64,000 bases of DNA from Eledone cirrhosa (taxonomy: Eukaryota), in NCBI GenBank assembly GCA_964016885.1, contig OZ024746.1, positions 101,308,001 to 101,372,000 of the forward strand, in the 5' to 3' direction. Position numbers and translations under genes: made by a program. A model generated the notes under the pieces. The model searched no databases and had not been told where the DNA came from. It was given only the letters and a program-made list of their open reading frames with translations. Below, in pieces: positions 61,800 through 64,000 of this stretch (the stretch's first letter is position 1; every line of letters begins with the position of its first letter).

Positions 61800-62735
61800 C
61801 CAAAGAAAACCTTTACAATTAATGTGGCCGAGACCAAAATATCGCCTAGATCATTCTGTTTCTTCTGCTTCCACTAATACCTGAGAGGGGCATGGAGGTA
61901 GAGTCCTCAAACACTCCCCCCAGCAGGTCCTGTCAGAAGCAATTCTCTAACTGATCCAGCTGGATCCCCAAGCGAGACCAACCAAACTCATGGATGTTAT
62001 CCAACTATCTTGCTCGGGGTCTACCCCTGGGTCTCCTGCCAATTGGTTTGGCCTGTAAAATCTGTCCAGTGATTCTTTCCTGAGACATTCTAACCACATG
62101 CCCATAGTATTGGAGCTGTGATTTCTCAATTGGAAAAACTAGCAGCTCTACCTGGAGTGATTCTCTGATCTCCCAGCCACACACTCTGTCCAGTAACATT
62201 ACTCCAAAGACCCTTTGGAGGAATCCCATTTCGGCCGCTTGTATTTGTGATCATATTCTTTCAGTAATTACCCAAGATTCATAACCATAGGTAAGGGTTG
62301 GCATGAATACCGAACTGAAGACAGCACTGCACCAGCTCCTGCAATTCTTGCACTTAATTCAGTCTCCTGCCTTCTATAACTCATAAATATGGCCCTGAGA
62401 TACTTGAACGTCTCCACCTGCTTCAGTGGAACACCAATCACATTGTGCACTGTGCAGGCTTCTTTGAAAAGACAAGTGTCTCAGTCTTCACATAGCTGAT
62501 TTTCATTCCAGCCATGTCGCACTTGGCATCAAACCTATCAAGTGCATATCATCTACCAATTCCAGCCGATTGATTCTACACTTGCCAGTCATGATATTAC
62601 TTCCAACCGAACTGTGCATATCAATTCTGTTCGTGAAAATAATGAACAGGAGAGATGACAGCATGCACCATTGACGGAGTCCAACTCCCACATTGAATAA
62701 TTTCAATTAGTACCATTTATAGATAACTAGATGGT
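61800..62735 (-). mobile_element. Decayed RTE-clade LINE 3' half
   Basis: VGLRQ..LSSLLF, VETFKYL, YGHVVRM, GRRPRGRPR. Confidence 0.8.
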
Positions 62736-63420
62736 GCTTAGTTGACTGCTCAGCTCCTCTCTGGGTGATAAAATACGAGATAAGTTTTGTAGAATGGATA
62801 TTAAAAATGATGCTATGATATCTTGATGTTATATTTTCTATTAAATAACTTTTTGTATGTTAATCTCATTTAGAAATCATTAATCTCACTTTGAGATGAC
62901 GTGCTCATTTAGAATTACAAATATTATAGTGCTCTTTTCTTTTATGAAGCCCAGTGCCTTAACAACTTTTATTTTATTGACTACATTGTACTAGTGGTAC
63001 AATGATCTTACTTTATTGACTACATTGTACTAGTGGTACAATGATTAAGAACCTGCAAATAGAAGATATGAAACTCAATACTGCCTAAGATTTAGACCAC
63101 AGCTTTACTAGTTGAGATAATTTTACATAATCTAATGTCTACATACAATAGGTTTAGTAAAGACTACTGATCCTCCTCATAAAAGACTGACATAAAAGTT
63201 AAAATCTAATATTTCTTTACATAAATACACACATGCACTAAATAATGAAATAATAAACCTCACACATTTATTGGGTTTCTATATGTACAATGTATATATT
63301 TCTATATATACAATGTTGGTATATATTTCTATATACACAGTGTATATATTTCTATATATACAATGCTGGTATATATTTCTATATACACAGTGTATATATT
63401 TCTATATATACAATGTTGGT

Positions 63421-63995
63421 ATCATCATCATCATCACTGTTTTACGTCCGTTCTTCCACGCTAGCATGGTTTAGACGGGTTGTCCTGTTGTGGGCAGTGT
63501 CCGGTCGGCTGACCATGCCTTGCTCATACGGGAACTGATTCTTGCTTGATTTCTACAGCTGGATGCCCTTCCTAACACCAACCTCATTTACAGTGAGTGC
63601 TGGGTGCTTTTTTGTCATGACATCTCCATAACCACTTTGCAGTGGGAGGGGAGGGGGCATATTGTCTATATGTTTCAGCTTCAGCTTGTTCCCATGGGGC
63701 TCAGGTCTTCTGTATTACTGCGTGACGCCAGAGGTCATGGTCGTGTGTCATTGGGTAAGGTCGGCTTTTATCACCTCATCCCAGGTCTTCTTGGGTCTCC
63801 CCACTCCGCGGCTTCCAACGAGTTCTAGTGCTCTGCACCTTTTTATGCAGCTGTCATCCTTCATATGCATCACATGTCCATACCAACGTAACCTCCTCTC
63901 CTGCACACAGCATTTGAATCCTCTTTTGCTCAGTCTCTCTCTCAATTCATTTATGCTTTCCCTATTACACACCCATCAGAGCATGCAGGCTTCAT
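63421..63995 (-). mobile_element. RTE LINE 3' end with long 3' UTR (family of 44193-44622)
   Basis: RRLRWYGHVMHM..GRPKKTWDEVIKADL, same UTR and tail. Confidence 0.88.
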
Positions 63996-64000
63996 ATATA

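Overview
AT-rich animal genomic DNA, most likely an octopod cephalopod (inferred from the SINE/RTE/Penelope repertoire and microsatellite load). It reads as intronic sequence of a large minus-strand gene. One well-supported 198-nt coding exon (9003-9200, spectrin-repeat-like, resembling puratrophin/PLEKHG4-type RhoGEFs) sits among mobile elements and tandem repeats. Mobile content: an RTE LINE with an uninterrupted 1022-codon APE-RT-PHD frame, a decayed full-length RTE, a decayed Penelope element, R4/Dong-, CRE- and Tx1-like fragments, tRNA-derived SINEs, two non-autonomous Helitrons, and hAT and piggyBac MITEs. Tandem content includes a ~9.3-kb 54-bp satellite with a higher-order duplication and an inverted tail. 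The most notable unannotated signals are RNA structures: (i) about a dozen minimal hammerhead-ribozyme motifs in Penelope-derived repeats, several with recurring non-canonical features (U4C, U.U at the base of stem II, long stem II); (ii) a ~180-nt multi-hairpin RNA at the 5' end of an RTE LINE, also kept in a non-autonomous derivative, which I cannot fit to a known ribozyme class. All calls were made by eye and some element boundaries are approximate.
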